A stretch of 64,000 bases of DNA, from assembly GCA_035495255.1 (NCBI GenBank), contig DATJGD010000012.1:34775-98774 (forward strand), in the 5' to 3' direction. Source of the DNA: Bacteroidota bacterium (lineage in GTDB: Bacteria > Bacteroidota > Ignavibacteria > UBA10030 > SZUA-254). The number at the start of each line of letters is the position of its first letter. Positions within the stretch are counted from its first letter, which is position 1. Positions 20,026 to 29,676 of this stretch are shown here, piece after piece. The translations under genes were made by a program, and so were the position numbers. Below the pieces are notes generated by a model that was given only the letters and a program-made list of their open reading frames with translations, was not told where the DNA came from and ran no database searches.

Positions 20026-21018
20026 ATGGAAACCACAACCACTAACGACGTCGAATCCGTACAAGCTCTCAAAGCAAGCTTCGAGACGATCAAGAAAGAA
20101 ATCTCGAAGGTCATCGTCGGACAAGAGCCGATCATCGAGCAGTTGCTCATCTCGCTTCTTGCGCGTGGCCATTGCCTGCTGGTCGGAGTCCCCGGGCTCG
20201 CGAAAACGCTCCTGATCAAAACGCTCGCGGAGGTCATGGATCTCAAGTTCAGCAGAATCCAGTTCACACCTGACCTCATGCCGTCGGACATTACGGGGAC
20301 CGAAATCCTCGAAGACAACCGCACGACCGGAGAGAAATCGTTCAAGTTTATCCGCGGCCCTGTCTTCGCGAATATCCTGCTTGCCGACGAAATTAACAGG
20401 ACTCCACCGAAGACGCAGTCCGCGCTGCTCGAAGCCATGCAGGAACATCATGTCACCGCCGCCGGGCAGAAGTATACGCTCGAAGAGCCATTTTTTGTTC
20501 TCGCGACGCAGAACCCTATCGAACAGGAAGGAACGTATCCCCTTCCCGAGGCGCAGCTCGACCGTTTCATGTTCAACCTCTGGCTCGACTATCCGAGCGA
20601 GCGGGAAGAGCTGGAGATCGTGAAATCCACGACGAGCATGTACGTCCCGGAATTACGGCACGTCCTTCGCAAAGAAGAGATCCTGCACTATCAGAACCTG
20701 GTCCGAAGAGTCCCGGTTGCCGACAACGTCATCGCGTTCGCGGTGAACCTCGTCGGACGGACACGTCCCAAGTCGAACATGGCGCCGAAGTTCATCGGCG
20801 ACTGGCTCAGCTGGGGTGCGGGGCCCCGGGCGTCTCAATTCCTGATTCTTGGCGCGAAGACGCGCGCAATTCTTGAAGGCCGGCATACTCCCGACATTGA
20901 CGACGTGCGGCATGTCGTCGGCCCCGTCCTTCGTCATCGCATTGTGCCGAACTTTAACGCGGAAGCTGACGGGGTTACCGCCATGCAGATCATCGATAAA
21001 TTATTAGAAAATGATTGA
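20026..21018 (+). CDS. MoxR-family AAA+ ATPase
   Basis: 330 aa. Walker A GVPGLAKT, Walker B LLADEINR, sensor ...ATQNP..., typical MoxR length. 12 nt downstream of surA; overlaps the next gene. Confidence 0.9.
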   Translation: METTTTNDVESVQALKASFETIKKEISKVIVGQEPIIEQLLISLLARGHCLLVGVPGLAKTLLIKTLAEVMDLKFSRIQFTPDLMPSDITGTEILEDNRTTGEKSFKFIRGPVFANILLADEINRTPPKTQSALLEAMQEHHVTAAGQKYTLEEPFFVLATQNPIEQEGTYPLPEAQLDRFMFNLWLDYPSEREELEIVKSTTSMYVPELRHVLRKEEILHYQNLVRRVPVADNVIAFAVNLVGRTRPKSNMAPKFIGDWLSWGAGPRASQFLILGAKTRAILEGRHTPDIDDVRHVVGPVLRHRIVPNFNAEADGVTAMQIIDKLLEND

Positions 21019-23107
21019 GAGGCCCTCAATGATCAAACGAATACTGTTTTGGTCACTTTTCACGGTGGCTACGATCGCGCAGCTTGCCCCTGCGCAAACC
21101 GCGCGCAAGTATTGGGTGTACTTTACCGATAAAGGCCCCAGGTATCCTGCAACCGGAACGCTTTCAAAGAGTTCTCCGGGATATGAACGAGCCGTCAGCA
21201 GCATCACTCCGGCCGCACTCGCGCGGCGGGCGAAAGTACTTCCCGCGGGCGACGTTGTCGATGCGGGCGATCTTCCCCTCTACCAGCCCTATCTTCAGCG
21301 GATCGGACAAACAGGGGCAATTCGGCAGCGGGAATCGCGATGGTTGAATGCCGCAAGTTTCATCGCGACCGCCGATCAGCTTGCGATCATCTCAGGCTAT
21401 TCGTTCGTGAAGAGCGTAACATCTGTCAGGACGATGACAGTGCGAAGCAATTATCAACAGGAATTCCCGCCTGCGGTGCCCTTCGCCAAAACGGTCTCGC
21501 TCGATTACGGGCCTTCCGCAACTCAGAACCAGGTCATCAACACTCCGTCGCTCCACGAGCTCGGGATTACCGGACGCGGAGTCATCATCGGAATGCTCGA
21601 TACCGGTTTTCGCTGGAGAGCGCATGAGTCGCTGCAGTCGCGGTATGTCATCGCCGAACACGATTTTATTCAGAATGACGACACGACGGCAAACCAGGCC
21701 GGCGATTCGTTCAATCAGGATCAGCACGGGACCCTGACGTTTTCGACCATCGGCGGCTACATGCCGGGAAAGCTTATCGGGCCGGCGTTTAACGCGGGAT
21801 TTATTCTGGCAAAAACAGAGTACGTCCCTACCGAAACGAAAATAGAAGAAGACAATTGGGCGAACGCCATTGAGTGGATGGAAGGGCTCGGCGTAGATGT
21901 CGCGAGCAGCTCCCTCGGGTATGATAATTTTGATCCGCAGGGATCGCTTGATTCCAGCGATTACCGCTGGGTCGACGGCGACTTTAACGGCAGAACTTCC
22001 GTTACCGCGATCGCCGCGATCCATGCTGCGAGGCTCGGAGTAGTGGTTTGTAATGCGATGGGAAACGAAGGCAACGGGGATGGCGTCACCGCAACGATGC
22101 TGACGCCGGCCGATGCTGACAGCATTGTTTCAGTTGGAGCCGTGAATTTCTCGCGGGTGCTGGCCGGCTTCAGCTCGACCGGCCCCACGAATGACGGACG
22201 GACCAAGCCCGATGTCGTTGCTCCGGGGGTGAGCGTCTACTGTGCTTCCACCTCGGGGCCCGCTTCATATTTCAGCGTGAGCGGGACTTCGCTCGCGACT
22301 CCGCTGACCGGAGGAACTTCCGCGCTTATTCTCTCGGCACGGCCGGAGCTCACACCGATCCAGGTCCGCAATGCATTACATAACACCGCGATCCCGATTC
22401 TCGACAGCATCTATTATCCGTCGAGCCCGAATAATTTTACCGGTTGGGGGCTCATCGACGCGTTTAACGCGGCCCTTTCCTTCGGTCCGATCTTCAGCAA
22501 CCAGCCGCTGGTTGATTCCGTGAGCTCGGTAAGCATCGATATCGCGTCGAAGTTCGGGATTCGCCCGTCCGCCGTGTACTTTCATTACGCGATCGGCGGG
22601 AGCGCTGTCTACGATTCCATTCCTATGACGCTCGATTCTTCGATGTTCTTCCCGACCTCCGGCAGATACCGCGTCGCGGTTCCGCCGCAGGCAATCGGGA
22701 CTCTCGTTCACTTTTACATGACTGCGGCCGACAGCGCGTCGCTTTCGTATCAGAGTCCGGCTCCCGTGTTGAACAACGTCTGGCAGCTGAACTACGGAAC
22801 AACCGGCGTGAAGACCTCGTCTCAGTATCCGGCGGAGTACGCACTCCTTCAAAACTATCCCAATCCGTTTAATCCGTCGACCCGCATTTCCTACGATCTG
22901 CCGAAGCGGGAACACGTCCGCGTTCAGGTGTTTGACGTGCTCGGCCGGCTCATGGCAACTCTCGTCGACGAAGTGCAGGACGCGGGGAGCGGCGCATCGC
23001 GTTCTCCCGTCGTGTTCAACGCGGCCAACATGCCGAGCGGAATTTACTTTTACAGGATTACGACTCCATCGTTTACCTCGACGAAGAAGATGATGCTTGT
23101 TCGTTGA
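21011..23107 (+). CDS. secreted S8 subtilisin-like serine peptidase with a T9SS C-terminal sorting domain
   Basis: Signal peptide (MIKRILFWSLFTVATIAQLAPAQ), catalytic D (GMLDTGF), H (DQHGT) and S (SGTSLATP). The C-terminal ~80 aa (YPNPFNPSTRISYDL...IYFYRITT...KKMMLVR) is a Por/T9SS type-A CTD. Overlaps both neighbours. Confidence 0.85.
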   Translation: MIERPSMIKRILFWSLFTVATIAQLAPAQTARKYWVYFTDKGPRYPATGTLSKSSPGYERAVSSITPAALARRAKVLPAGDVVDAGDLPLYQPYLQRIGQTGAIRQRESRWLNAASFIATADQLAIISGYSFVKSVTSVRTMTVRSNYQQEFPPAVPFAKTVSLDYGPSATQNQVINTPSLHELGITGRGVIIGMLDTGFRWRAHESLQSRYVIAEHDFIQNDDTTANQAGDSFNQDQHGTLTFSTIGGYMPGKLIGPAFNAGFILAKTEYVPTETKIEEDNWANAIEWMEGLGVDVASSSLGYDNFDPQGSLDSSDYRWVDGDFNGRTSVTAIAAIHAARLGVVVCNAMGNEGNGDGVTATMLTPADADSIVSVGAVNFSRVLAGFSSTGPTNDGRTKPDVVAPGVSVYCASTSGPASYFSVSGTSLATPLTGGTSALILSARPELTPIQVRNALHNTAIPILDSIYYPSSPNNFTGWGLIDAFNAALSFGPIFSNQPLVDSVSSVSIDIASKFGIRPSAVYFHYAIGGSAVYDSIPMTLDSSMFFPTSGRYRVAVPPQAIGTLVHFYMTAADSASLSYQSPAPVLNNVWQLNYGTTGVKTSSQYPAEYALLQNYPNPFNPSTRISYDLPKREHVRVQVFDVLGRLMATLVDEVQDAGSGASRSPVVFNAANMPSGIYFYRITTPSFTSTKKMMLVR

Positions 23108-25283
23108 GGGTATGGCCATTGCGGAGATCTCCATATCGCTAGGGGGAAATGTCCTCGTTTTCCTGCTGTTCGGACTCGTCCTCGCCGCTCTTGCTCTTCT
23201 GTTCTACCGCTTCACGCTTCCGCCGCTTCCGCAGCGAACCCGATCCCTTCTTTCGCTGCTGCGGTCATTTGCCCTGATCTTTCTCCTCATGGCGCTGTTC
23301 GAGCCCGTGTCGCGCTTCGTCCGCCACACCGAACAACCCCCTGTCGTCGCCGTGCTTCTGGATAACTCCCAGAGCATGACGATCAACAGCTCTCCGGCGG
23401 CGCGCAAAAAGCAGGTTCAGGATCTCATCGGGCAGGGGCTGCTTCACAAGCTTCCTTCGGGCGCCCGGCTGCAGTATTACCCGTTCGACGCGAAAATGAA
23501 AACTGTCGCCGCCGCCAGCCCCGATTCGGTGACGTTCACGGGCGAAGTGACGAACATTTCGGATGCCTTCAGCGGCCTCAAGCCTCTGCTTGCGAAGGAA
23601 AACATACAGTCCGTTCTTCTCGTGAGCGACGGAAACTACACGGTCGGAAAGAACCCGTTGTATGATGCCGAAGGGCTGGGGATTCCCGTCTACACCGTCG
23701 GCGTCGGCGATACGAGCGAGCAGCAGGACATTGTCGTCGAGAAAACTACTACCAATGCCCTCGCGTACTCCGGCATGCGAACTCCGGTCGATGTCGTCAT
23801 CCGGAGCTCAGGGTACGACGGTACGAAGACGGAAGTGACATTATCCGAAAGCGGCACGGTGCTGGACCGCTCGGTAGTGACGCTTCAAAAAGGGACTCAT
23901 GAATATACCCTGAAGATGCATTTTCTTCCGATGGAGGAGGGAATAAAAAAACTTTTGGTAAACGTCACCCCCATTTCCGGTGAACTCACGACCCAAAACA
24001 ACAGCCGCTCGTTTTTTGTAAAAGTTCTGAAAAGCAAGCTCAATGTCGTTATTGTCGCAGGCGCTCCGAGCCCGGACCTCTCTGCGCTCCGGCAGGCGCT
24101 TGTTGAGGAGGGCCACTTCAGCATCCACTCTTTTGTGCAAAGGACCGCCGAAAGCTTTTACGAGGGCAGCCTTTCACAGGCGGCTCTCGACAGCGCCGAT
24201 TGTATGGTACTCATCGGTTTTCCCTCCCAGGCTTCAAACCCCTCTCTGATTCAGCGCTTACGGGACAACATCGTGCGGCGTAAACTCCCTCTCTTTTTTG
24301 TCGGCGGGAAAGGAATGAGCTACGGTAAGCTCCAGGCGTTGGAGGCGGTGCTGCCGTTCGGGTGGTCCGGCGAAAATCCGACCGAACTGCTCGTGAGCCC
24401 GATAGTTGAAGACCGGCAAAAGCATCATGCGCTGGTCGAACTCGAGAATAAATTTACATCCGAGAGCTGGCAGCAGCTTCCGCCCATTTATAAAGCACAG
24501 ACTATTTTTCACGGCCGCCCCGAGTCCGAGATACTCGTAACCGCGACGCTGCAGAGCATTAATCTGGGAGAACCTCTCGTCGTCATCCGGAAATCGTTAG
24601 GGCAGAAGTCTTTCGCAGTTACGGGTTACGGCATCTGGCGGTGGAGATTGTTGAGCGGCGACAACCAGCAGGCGAAGGAATTTCTTACCGACCTGGCTTC
24701 AAATGCCATCCGCTGGTTAACGACGCCGGAAGAGAACAAGCGGGTGAAGATCACGCCGAATCAGGAAGCGTTCACCACGGCAGACGAGGTCGGATTCAGC
24801 GGGCAGGTGTATGATGAGGAACTTCGGCCGGTCGATAACGCGGAGGTCGCCGTGCAGGTCACGCACGACGGTGAATCCATTCCCGTGGCTCTCACCGCTG
24901 TCGGCAACGGGTTGTACGAGGGTTCCGCCCAGGGATTACGGGCCGGAGACTATACCTTTTCCGGAGGCGCAACCCGCAACGGCATATCACTCGGAGAAGA
25001 CAAGGGAAAATTTTCTGTCGGCCAGGTAAGCGTGGAGTATATCGAGACAAAAATGAATAAGCAGCTTCTTGAACAGCTTGCGTACCGCACAGGCGGATCT
25101 TACAGAGACATTTCTTCCGCGGAAGCGATTACAGCTGACCTCCCCACGGGGACGGCATTCCGTTCGAGAGATCTCACCCAGGCGAGCGAGATCGAGCTGT
25201 GGAACTGGAAGTATCTTGCCGTCATCGTCATTGCACTGTTCTCCGCCGAATGGTTTGTGCGGAAAAGAAACGGAATGCTGTAA
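23097..25283 (+). CDS. membrane protein with an N-terminal double-TM domain, a vWA domain (BatA-like) and a C-terminal TM anchor
   Basis: 728 aa. Two N-terminal TM helices, then VVAVLLDNSQSM (MIDAS DxSxS) ... VSDGNY ... VGVGD, a large extracytoplasmic region and a terminal hydrophobic helix. Overlaps the S8 gene by 11 nt. Confidence 0.7.
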   Translation: MFVEGMAIAEISISLGGNVLVFLLFGLVLAALALLFYRFTLPPLPQRTRSLLSLLRSFALIFLLMALFEPVSRFVRHTEQPPVVAVLLDNSQSMTINSSPAARKKQVQDLIGQGLLHKLPSGARLQYYPFDAKMKTVAAASPDSVTFTGEVTNISDAFSGLKPLLAKENIQSVLLVSDGNYTVGKNPLYDAEGLGIPVYTVGVGDTSEQQDIVVEKTTTNALAYSGMRTPVDVVIRSSGYDGTKTEVTLSESGTVLDRSVVTLQKGTHEYTLKMHFLPMEEGIKKLLVNVTPISGELTTQNNSRSFFVKVLKSKLNVVIVAGAPSPDLSALRQALVEEGHFSIHSFVQRTAESFYEGSLSQAALDSADCMVLIGFPSQASNPSLIQRLRDNIVRRKLPLFFVGGKGMSYGKLQALEAVLPFGWSGENPTELLVSPIVEDRQKHHALVELENKFTSESWQQLPPIYKAQTIFHGRPESEILVTATLQSINLGEPLVVIRKSLGQKSFAVTGYGIWRWRLLSGDNQQAKEFLTDLASNAIRWLTTPEENKRVKITPNQEAFTTADEVGFSGQVYDEELRPVDNAEVAVQVTHDGESIPVALTAVGNGLYEGSAQGLRAGDYTFSGGATRNGISLGEDKGKFSVGQVSVEYIETKMNKQLLEQLAYRTGGSYRDISSAEAITADLPTGTAFRSRDLTQASEIELWNWKYLAVIVIALFSAEWFVRKRNGML

Positions 25284-25341
25284 CAGACATTCTGCACTCC
25301 ATATTCCGTCCGATGCCGCCCTTTTCCAATAGGGGCGTGGA

Positions 25342-25366
25342 GGCCGGAGCCAAAGAGGATCCGGCC
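25342..25366. terminator. candidate bidirectional hairpin between convergent genes (vWA gene and ftsZ)
   Basis: GGCCGGA-gccaaagagga-TCCGGCC inverted repeat in the 161-bp convergent gap. No clean T-tract. Confidence 0.35.
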
Positions 25367-25444
25367 GGCACGCCAAGGAGGAGAAACAATAGTTTTATGT
25401 AACGGGCGAACTTCCCCGTTCTTTCCTATCCGCACACTACCCTC

Positions 25445-26623
25445 TTAGTCCATGATCTTCCGCAGGAACGCAGGCTTCTCGGTATCGACGACATTCGTCT
25501 CCGTTCTGCCCTGTTCCGGCTCGTCGTTTTTATACGGGTTCACAGAGATATCGATTCCTTTTCTCATGAACGCCGGTTCATCGAGCTTCTGAAGATCGTG
25601 AAGCCCGACAGGTATTCTGTCGATGACTTTGGCCGTCGGTTTCGCGACACGCACTCCGGCCACTCCCCGCTTGTTGAATCCCGTCGCGATCACCGTGACG
25701 ATCATCTCTTCGCCGAGGTTTTCATCGATCACGGCGCCGAGGATGACATTGGCTTCCTCGCCTGCCGCTTCGTGAATGACGCTGACTGCTTCGTCGACTT
25801 CGACAAGCGACATCGTCGGTCCGCCGGTAACGTTCACGAGCACTCCCTGGGCGCCCGAGATCGAAACGCCTTCGAGGAGCGGGCTTGAGATTGCCGCGTG
25901 GGCCGATTCTATCGCGCGGTTTTCGCCGCTTGCGACGCCGGACCCCATGAGCGCATCGCCCATTTCTCTCATGATCGTTCGAACGTCCGCGAAGTCGACG
26001 TTAATGAGCCCCGGAATCGTAATGAGCTCCGAGATGCCGCGCGTGGCATTATACAGCACGTCGTTCGCCTTGTCGAACGCTTCCTGAAGAGGAGTATTTC
26101 TTTCTACGATTGAAAGAAGCTTCTGGTTCGGGATCATGATCAGCGTGTCGACATGCTTCTTCATTTCTTCGATTCCCGCTTCCGCCTGTCCAAGGCGCTT
26201 CTTGCCTTCGCACGTAAACGGTTTTGTAACAATGCCCACCACGAGCGCCCCTACGCTCTTGGCGATATTGGCAACCACCGGTGCGCCGCCCGTGCCGGTG
26301 CCGCCGCCCATCCCTGCGGTGATGAACACCATGTCGCTGCCGGCGAGGGAGCGGGCGATCTCGTCGCGGTCTTCTTCGACCGCGCGCTGGCCGATGGAAG
26401 GATCGGCTCCCGCACCCAGTCCGCGGGTGAGGTTCTTGCCGATCTGCACCTTGTTCGGCGCCTTGTTGCGTTCAAGCGCCTGCATGTCCGTGTTGATCGC
26501 AAAAAAGTCAACACCCTGCAATCGCTTGTCGATCATGCTGGTCACGGCATTTCCTCCGCCGCCTCCAACGCCTACCACACGGATCTTTGCTCCGTGCTCG
26601 AAGTAGTTATCGAGTTCTATCAC
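25445..26623 (-). CDS. ftsZ: cell division GTPase FtsZ
   Basis: GGGTGTG tubulin signature, the NTD motif and a conserved C-terminal tail (AFLRK). Confidence 0.95.
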   Translation of the reverse strand: MIELDNYFEHGAKIRVVGVGGGGGNAVTSMIDKRLQGVDFFAINTDMQALERNKAPNKVQIGKNLTRGLGAGADPSIGQRAVEEDRDEIARSLAGSDMVFITAGMGGGTGTGGAPVVANIAKSVGALVVGIVTKPFTCEGKKRLGQAEAGIEEMKKHVDTLIMIPNQKLLSIVERNTPLQEAFDKANDVLYNATRGISELITIPGLINVDFADVRTIMREMGDALMGSGVASGENRAIESAHAAISSPLLEGVSISGAQGVLVNVTGGPTMSLVEVDEAVSVIHEAAGEEANVILGAVIDENLGEEMIVTVIATGFNKRGVAGVRVAKPTAKVIDRIPVGLHDLQKLDEPAFMRKGIDISVNPYKNDEPEQGRTETNVVDTEKPAFLRKIMD

Positions 26624-26675
26624 TATTGTTTCTCCTTATGTTATTGTAATGGGGGTTTAGTTTTAATAATAAATT

Positions 26676-27926
26676 CTATAATTCGTCGAACCAGCTTTTC
26701 ATCTTGCCAAAAATCCTTTTGATATCCCTGTTGCCTTTACCGTTCCCGTTGCCGTTCGCAAAGTGGAGAGGCGTGACGTCTTTGTTTCGCAGGCCGTGCA
26801 GAACGAGCCCTACGCACGTTGCGTAGATAGGGTTCTCAATCTCACGTACAAGACCCGCGTTGAATCCCGCCGGAATGCCGATCTTTACCGGCATGCCCAG
26901 CACTTCGCGCGCGAGCTCGGCAACGCCTTTGATGAGCGATCCGCCGCCGGTCAGCACGACGCCCGCGGAGAGATGCCGTGAATATCCGGAACGTTTCACC
27001 TCCATTGCCGCGATCTCAAAGATTTCCTCCATCCTCGGCTGGATGATCTGCGCGAGAAGCTGCTTGTCGATCTCCAGGGGCGGCCTGCCGCCGATGCCCG
27101 GAAGCGTAATCGGTTCGCCGTCGATAACACTGGGGAGATACGCAAATCCGTGCTGGCATTTCAGCTTTTCTGCCTGCTCGGTAAGAACGCCGAGCCCTTT
27201 CCGAATGTCGTTGGTAACCTGGTTTCCCGCGACCGGGATGACGGCCGTATGCCGGATCGTCCGGTCTTCAAACACCGCCAGGTCGGTCGTGCCGCCTCCG
27301 ATGTCGAGAAGCGCGATGCCGACCTCTTTTTCTTCTTCTTCGAGGACGGCATAGCTCGAGGCGAGCGGCTCGAGCACCATGTCGCGGACCGTAAGGCCGG
27401 CGCGCTGCACGCATTTATAAATATTCTGCGCCGCGGTAACAAGCCCGGTGATGATATGAACATTCGCTTCCAGCCGCACTCCCGACATTCCGACGGGATC
27501 GCAGACTCCGTCCTGCCCGTCGATGATGAATTCCTGCGGGATGACATGGATGATCTTGCGGTCCGACGGCAGCGCGACGCGTTTCGTGTCCTCGATGAGG
27601 CGGTTGACATCGGCCTGCGATATTTCATTCTCGACCCCGGCAATGGCGATGACGCCGCGGCTTTGAAAACTCTGAATATGTTCTCCCGCGATGCCCACAA
27701 TGACTGATTGAATCTTAATCCCCGACCGCGATTCCGCTTCGGCGACGGCGCTTTGAATCGAGCGGACGGTCTTGTCGATATTCGTCACTACTCCGCGCGT
27801 GAGGCCGTCGGAGAGGCTTCTGCCGACGCCCAGCACATTGAATCTTCCGCCGTCGTCCGCCGCCGCCACAACGGCGCAGACTTTTGTAGTTCCGATATCG
27901 AGCCCGACAATAATTTCCTGTTCCAT
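26676..27926 (-). CDS. ftsA: cell division protein FtsA
   Basis: 416 aa actin-fold. VGLDIGTTKV, DIGGGTTD. Sits between ftsQ and ftsZ. Confidence 0.95.
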   Translation of the reverse strand: MEQEIIVGLDIGTTKVCAVVAAADDGGRFNVLGVGRSLSDGLTRGVVTNIDKTVRSIQSAVAEAESRSGIKIQSVIVGIAGEHIQSFQSRGVIAIAGVENEISQADVNRLIEDTKRVALPSDRKIIHVIPQEFIIDGQDGVCDPVGMSGVRLEANVHIITGLVTAAQNIYKCVQRAGLTVRDMVLEPLASSYAVLEEEEKEVGIALLDIGGGTTDLAVFEDRTIRHTAVIPVAGNQVTNDIRKGLGVLTEQAEKLKCQHGFAYLPSVIDGEPITLPGIGGRPPLEIDKQLLAQIIQPRMEEIFEIAAMEVKRSGYSRHLSAGVVLTGGGSLIKGVAELAREVLGMPVKIGIPAGFNAGLVREIENPIYATCVGLVLHGLRNKDVTPLHFANGNGNGKGNRDIKRIFGKMKSWFDEL

Positions 27927-27939
27927 GAACGATCCTTTG

Positions 27940-28755
27940 TTATGAGGAAGCTTTTTTAGTTTGCTGGGCCTGCTGCTGCGCCCATTTCACGACGACCTGG
28001 TCGCGAAACCGTAAATCGATGTACTTCATGCCCTCGACATCCTCCGGGTGGACATTTGCGCTCCAGAAATTTTCAAACATCAAAAGTTTCCGGGCAATGT
28101 CGTCGCGGCCGACGATCACGGGAACCCCCGCCTCGGATGAGTACAAGATAATGTCTCCGCCGTTATTCATATTGACTTCTGAAATCATATGATAAATCGA
28201 TGTGTCCAGCGCCTGCGCCGTCTGGCAGAGTTCGATCGCTTTCAGCAGCTCCTTGCTCATGAGGGCGGCGCCCGGCCGCGCGTTTTGCAATCCGTCGATG
28301 CCGCTGACGAGCGGCAGATCGAATTTTTTGTTCGATTCGTTATACGGCAGCAGGATTCCATCCTTATCTGTGTAGCACAGCTGGCCGCAATTGACCGCCG
28401 CGACCGGCACGCGCTCAACGACGTCGATTTCAACCGAGCCCGGGAACTGCCGGTACACGCTCGCGGAAAGAACGAACGGATGCCGCGCGATCCTGTCCCG
28501 TATCTCCGCGAGGTTCAGCGTATACAGGGGGGCGCGAGCCGAGATCTTTGTCATCGCGACGATATCCTTCACGGACACCGCGCTCGCGCCGTCCACAGAA
28601 ATATGCTGAACCCTCAGCGTCGACCGCCATTTCAATGAAAGTATGGACAACGCCGTGCCGAGGGCGAGAAGCAGCGCGAGGGTCAGGATGCCCCACTTTG
28701 AAGAGGTTGAAGAGGACCCCTTCCGTTTGCTCTTCATGTTCTCGTCGCCGTTCAT
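27940..28755 (-). CDS. ftsQ: cell division protein FtsQ/DivIB
   Basis: 271 aa. Single TM, then a POTRA-like domain. In the canonical position; its start overlaps the murB stop. Confidence 0.8.
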   Translation of the reverse strand: MNGDENMKSKRKGSSSTSSKWGILTLALLLALGTALSILSLKWRSTLRVQHISVDGASAVSVKDIVAMTKISARAPLYTLNLAEIRDRIARHPFVLSASVYRQFPGSVEIDVVERVPVAAVNCGQLCYTDKDGILLPYNESNKKFDLPLVSGIDGLQNARPGAALMSKELLKAIELCQTAQALDTSIYHMISEVNMNNGGDIILYSSEAGVPVIVGRDDIARKLLMFENFWSANVHPEDVEGMKYIDLRFRDQVVVKWAQQQAQQTKKASS

Positions 28756-29672
28756 TCGTACACCTGCCGTTCTACCTGTTCGTCGAATCCAACGAGCTTT
28801 ACTTCGAGCTCAAGATCGATGTTGAATTTCTTTGCCACGGTACTCTTCGCGAGCTCGATCAGGGACAACACTTCTTCGGCTGTCGCGTTTCCATGATTCA
28901 CAATAAAGTTCGCGTGCTTCTCCGAAATCTGCGCGTTGCCGATGCGCTTCCCTTTGAGCCCGGCCTCCTCGATGAGCTTCGCCGCGTACCCGCCTTTCGG
29001 ATTTTTGAACATACTGCCCGAGTTGGGAAAATTCACCGGCTGAGCGCGGTTGCGTTTGATGAGCAGGTCGCGGCGGTTCTTCATGATCTCCTGCTTGTCC
29101 CCCGCCGCCAGCTGAAACGTCGCGCCGAGGATGATATCGCCCTGAAAGTTCGAGTGCCGGTAGCTGAACCCGGAATCCTGCTTCGAAACCGTGGTGACGT
29201 TTCCTTTCCGCAGCACTTCGACGGTCACGAGGTGATCCGATATTTCCCCGCCGTATGCCCCCGCGTTCATCACGACCGCTCCTCCGATGGTCCCCGGTAT
29301 TCCGGGAAGCATTTCGACGCCCTGGAGGCTGTGATGAATACAAAAGTCGACGAACCGCGCCAGGCTTAATCCTGCTTCAGCGGTCACTACGTTTCCTGAA
29401 ACGCTGATGTGGCTGAGGCCGCTTTCCAGATTGATCACCGCGCCTCTGACCCCGTCGTCGCTCACGAGCATATTGCTCCCTTTTCCGAGTATGAGGTACG
29501 GAAGGCGCTGCTGTTGAAGATATGTGACGATCGCAACCACGTCCGCCTTGTCTGCGGGCTCCAGGTAAAAGTCCGCCGGGCCGCCGATTTGAAACGAGGT
29601 ATACTTGCCCAACGGCTCGTTGAGCGAAATGAACCCCCGGAAAAATTTCTTTATGTCGATAATGTCTACCAC
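28752..29672 (-). CDS. murB: UDP-N-acetylenolpyruvoylglucosamine reductase
   Basis: 306 aa FAD-binding MurB (GGPADFY, GKGSNML, ...GNAQISEKHANFIVN). Confidence 0.9.
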   Translation of the reverse strand: MVDIIDIKKFFRGFISLNEPLGKYTSFQIGGPADFYLEPADKADVVAIVTYLQQQRLPYLILGKGSNMLVSDDGVRGAVINLESGLSHISVSGNVVTAEAGLSLARFVDFCIHHSLQGVEMLPGIPGTIGGAVVMNAGAYGGEISDHLVTVEVLRKGNVTTVSKQDSGFSYRHSNFQGDIILGATFQLAAGDKQEIMKNRRDLLIKRNRAQPVNFPNSGSMFKNPKGGYAAKLIEEAGLKGKRIGNAQISEKHANFIVNHGNATAEEVLSLIELAKSTVAKKFNIDLELEVKLVGFDEQVERQVYE

Positions 29673-29676
29673 AGTA

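Noticed and set aside
25284-25444. Small ORFs (67-111 aa) in the vWA/ftsZ convergent gap and overlapping gene ends
   Set aside because: They overlap the coding ends of the vWA gene and ftsZ and have no RBS. They are ORF-track noise.
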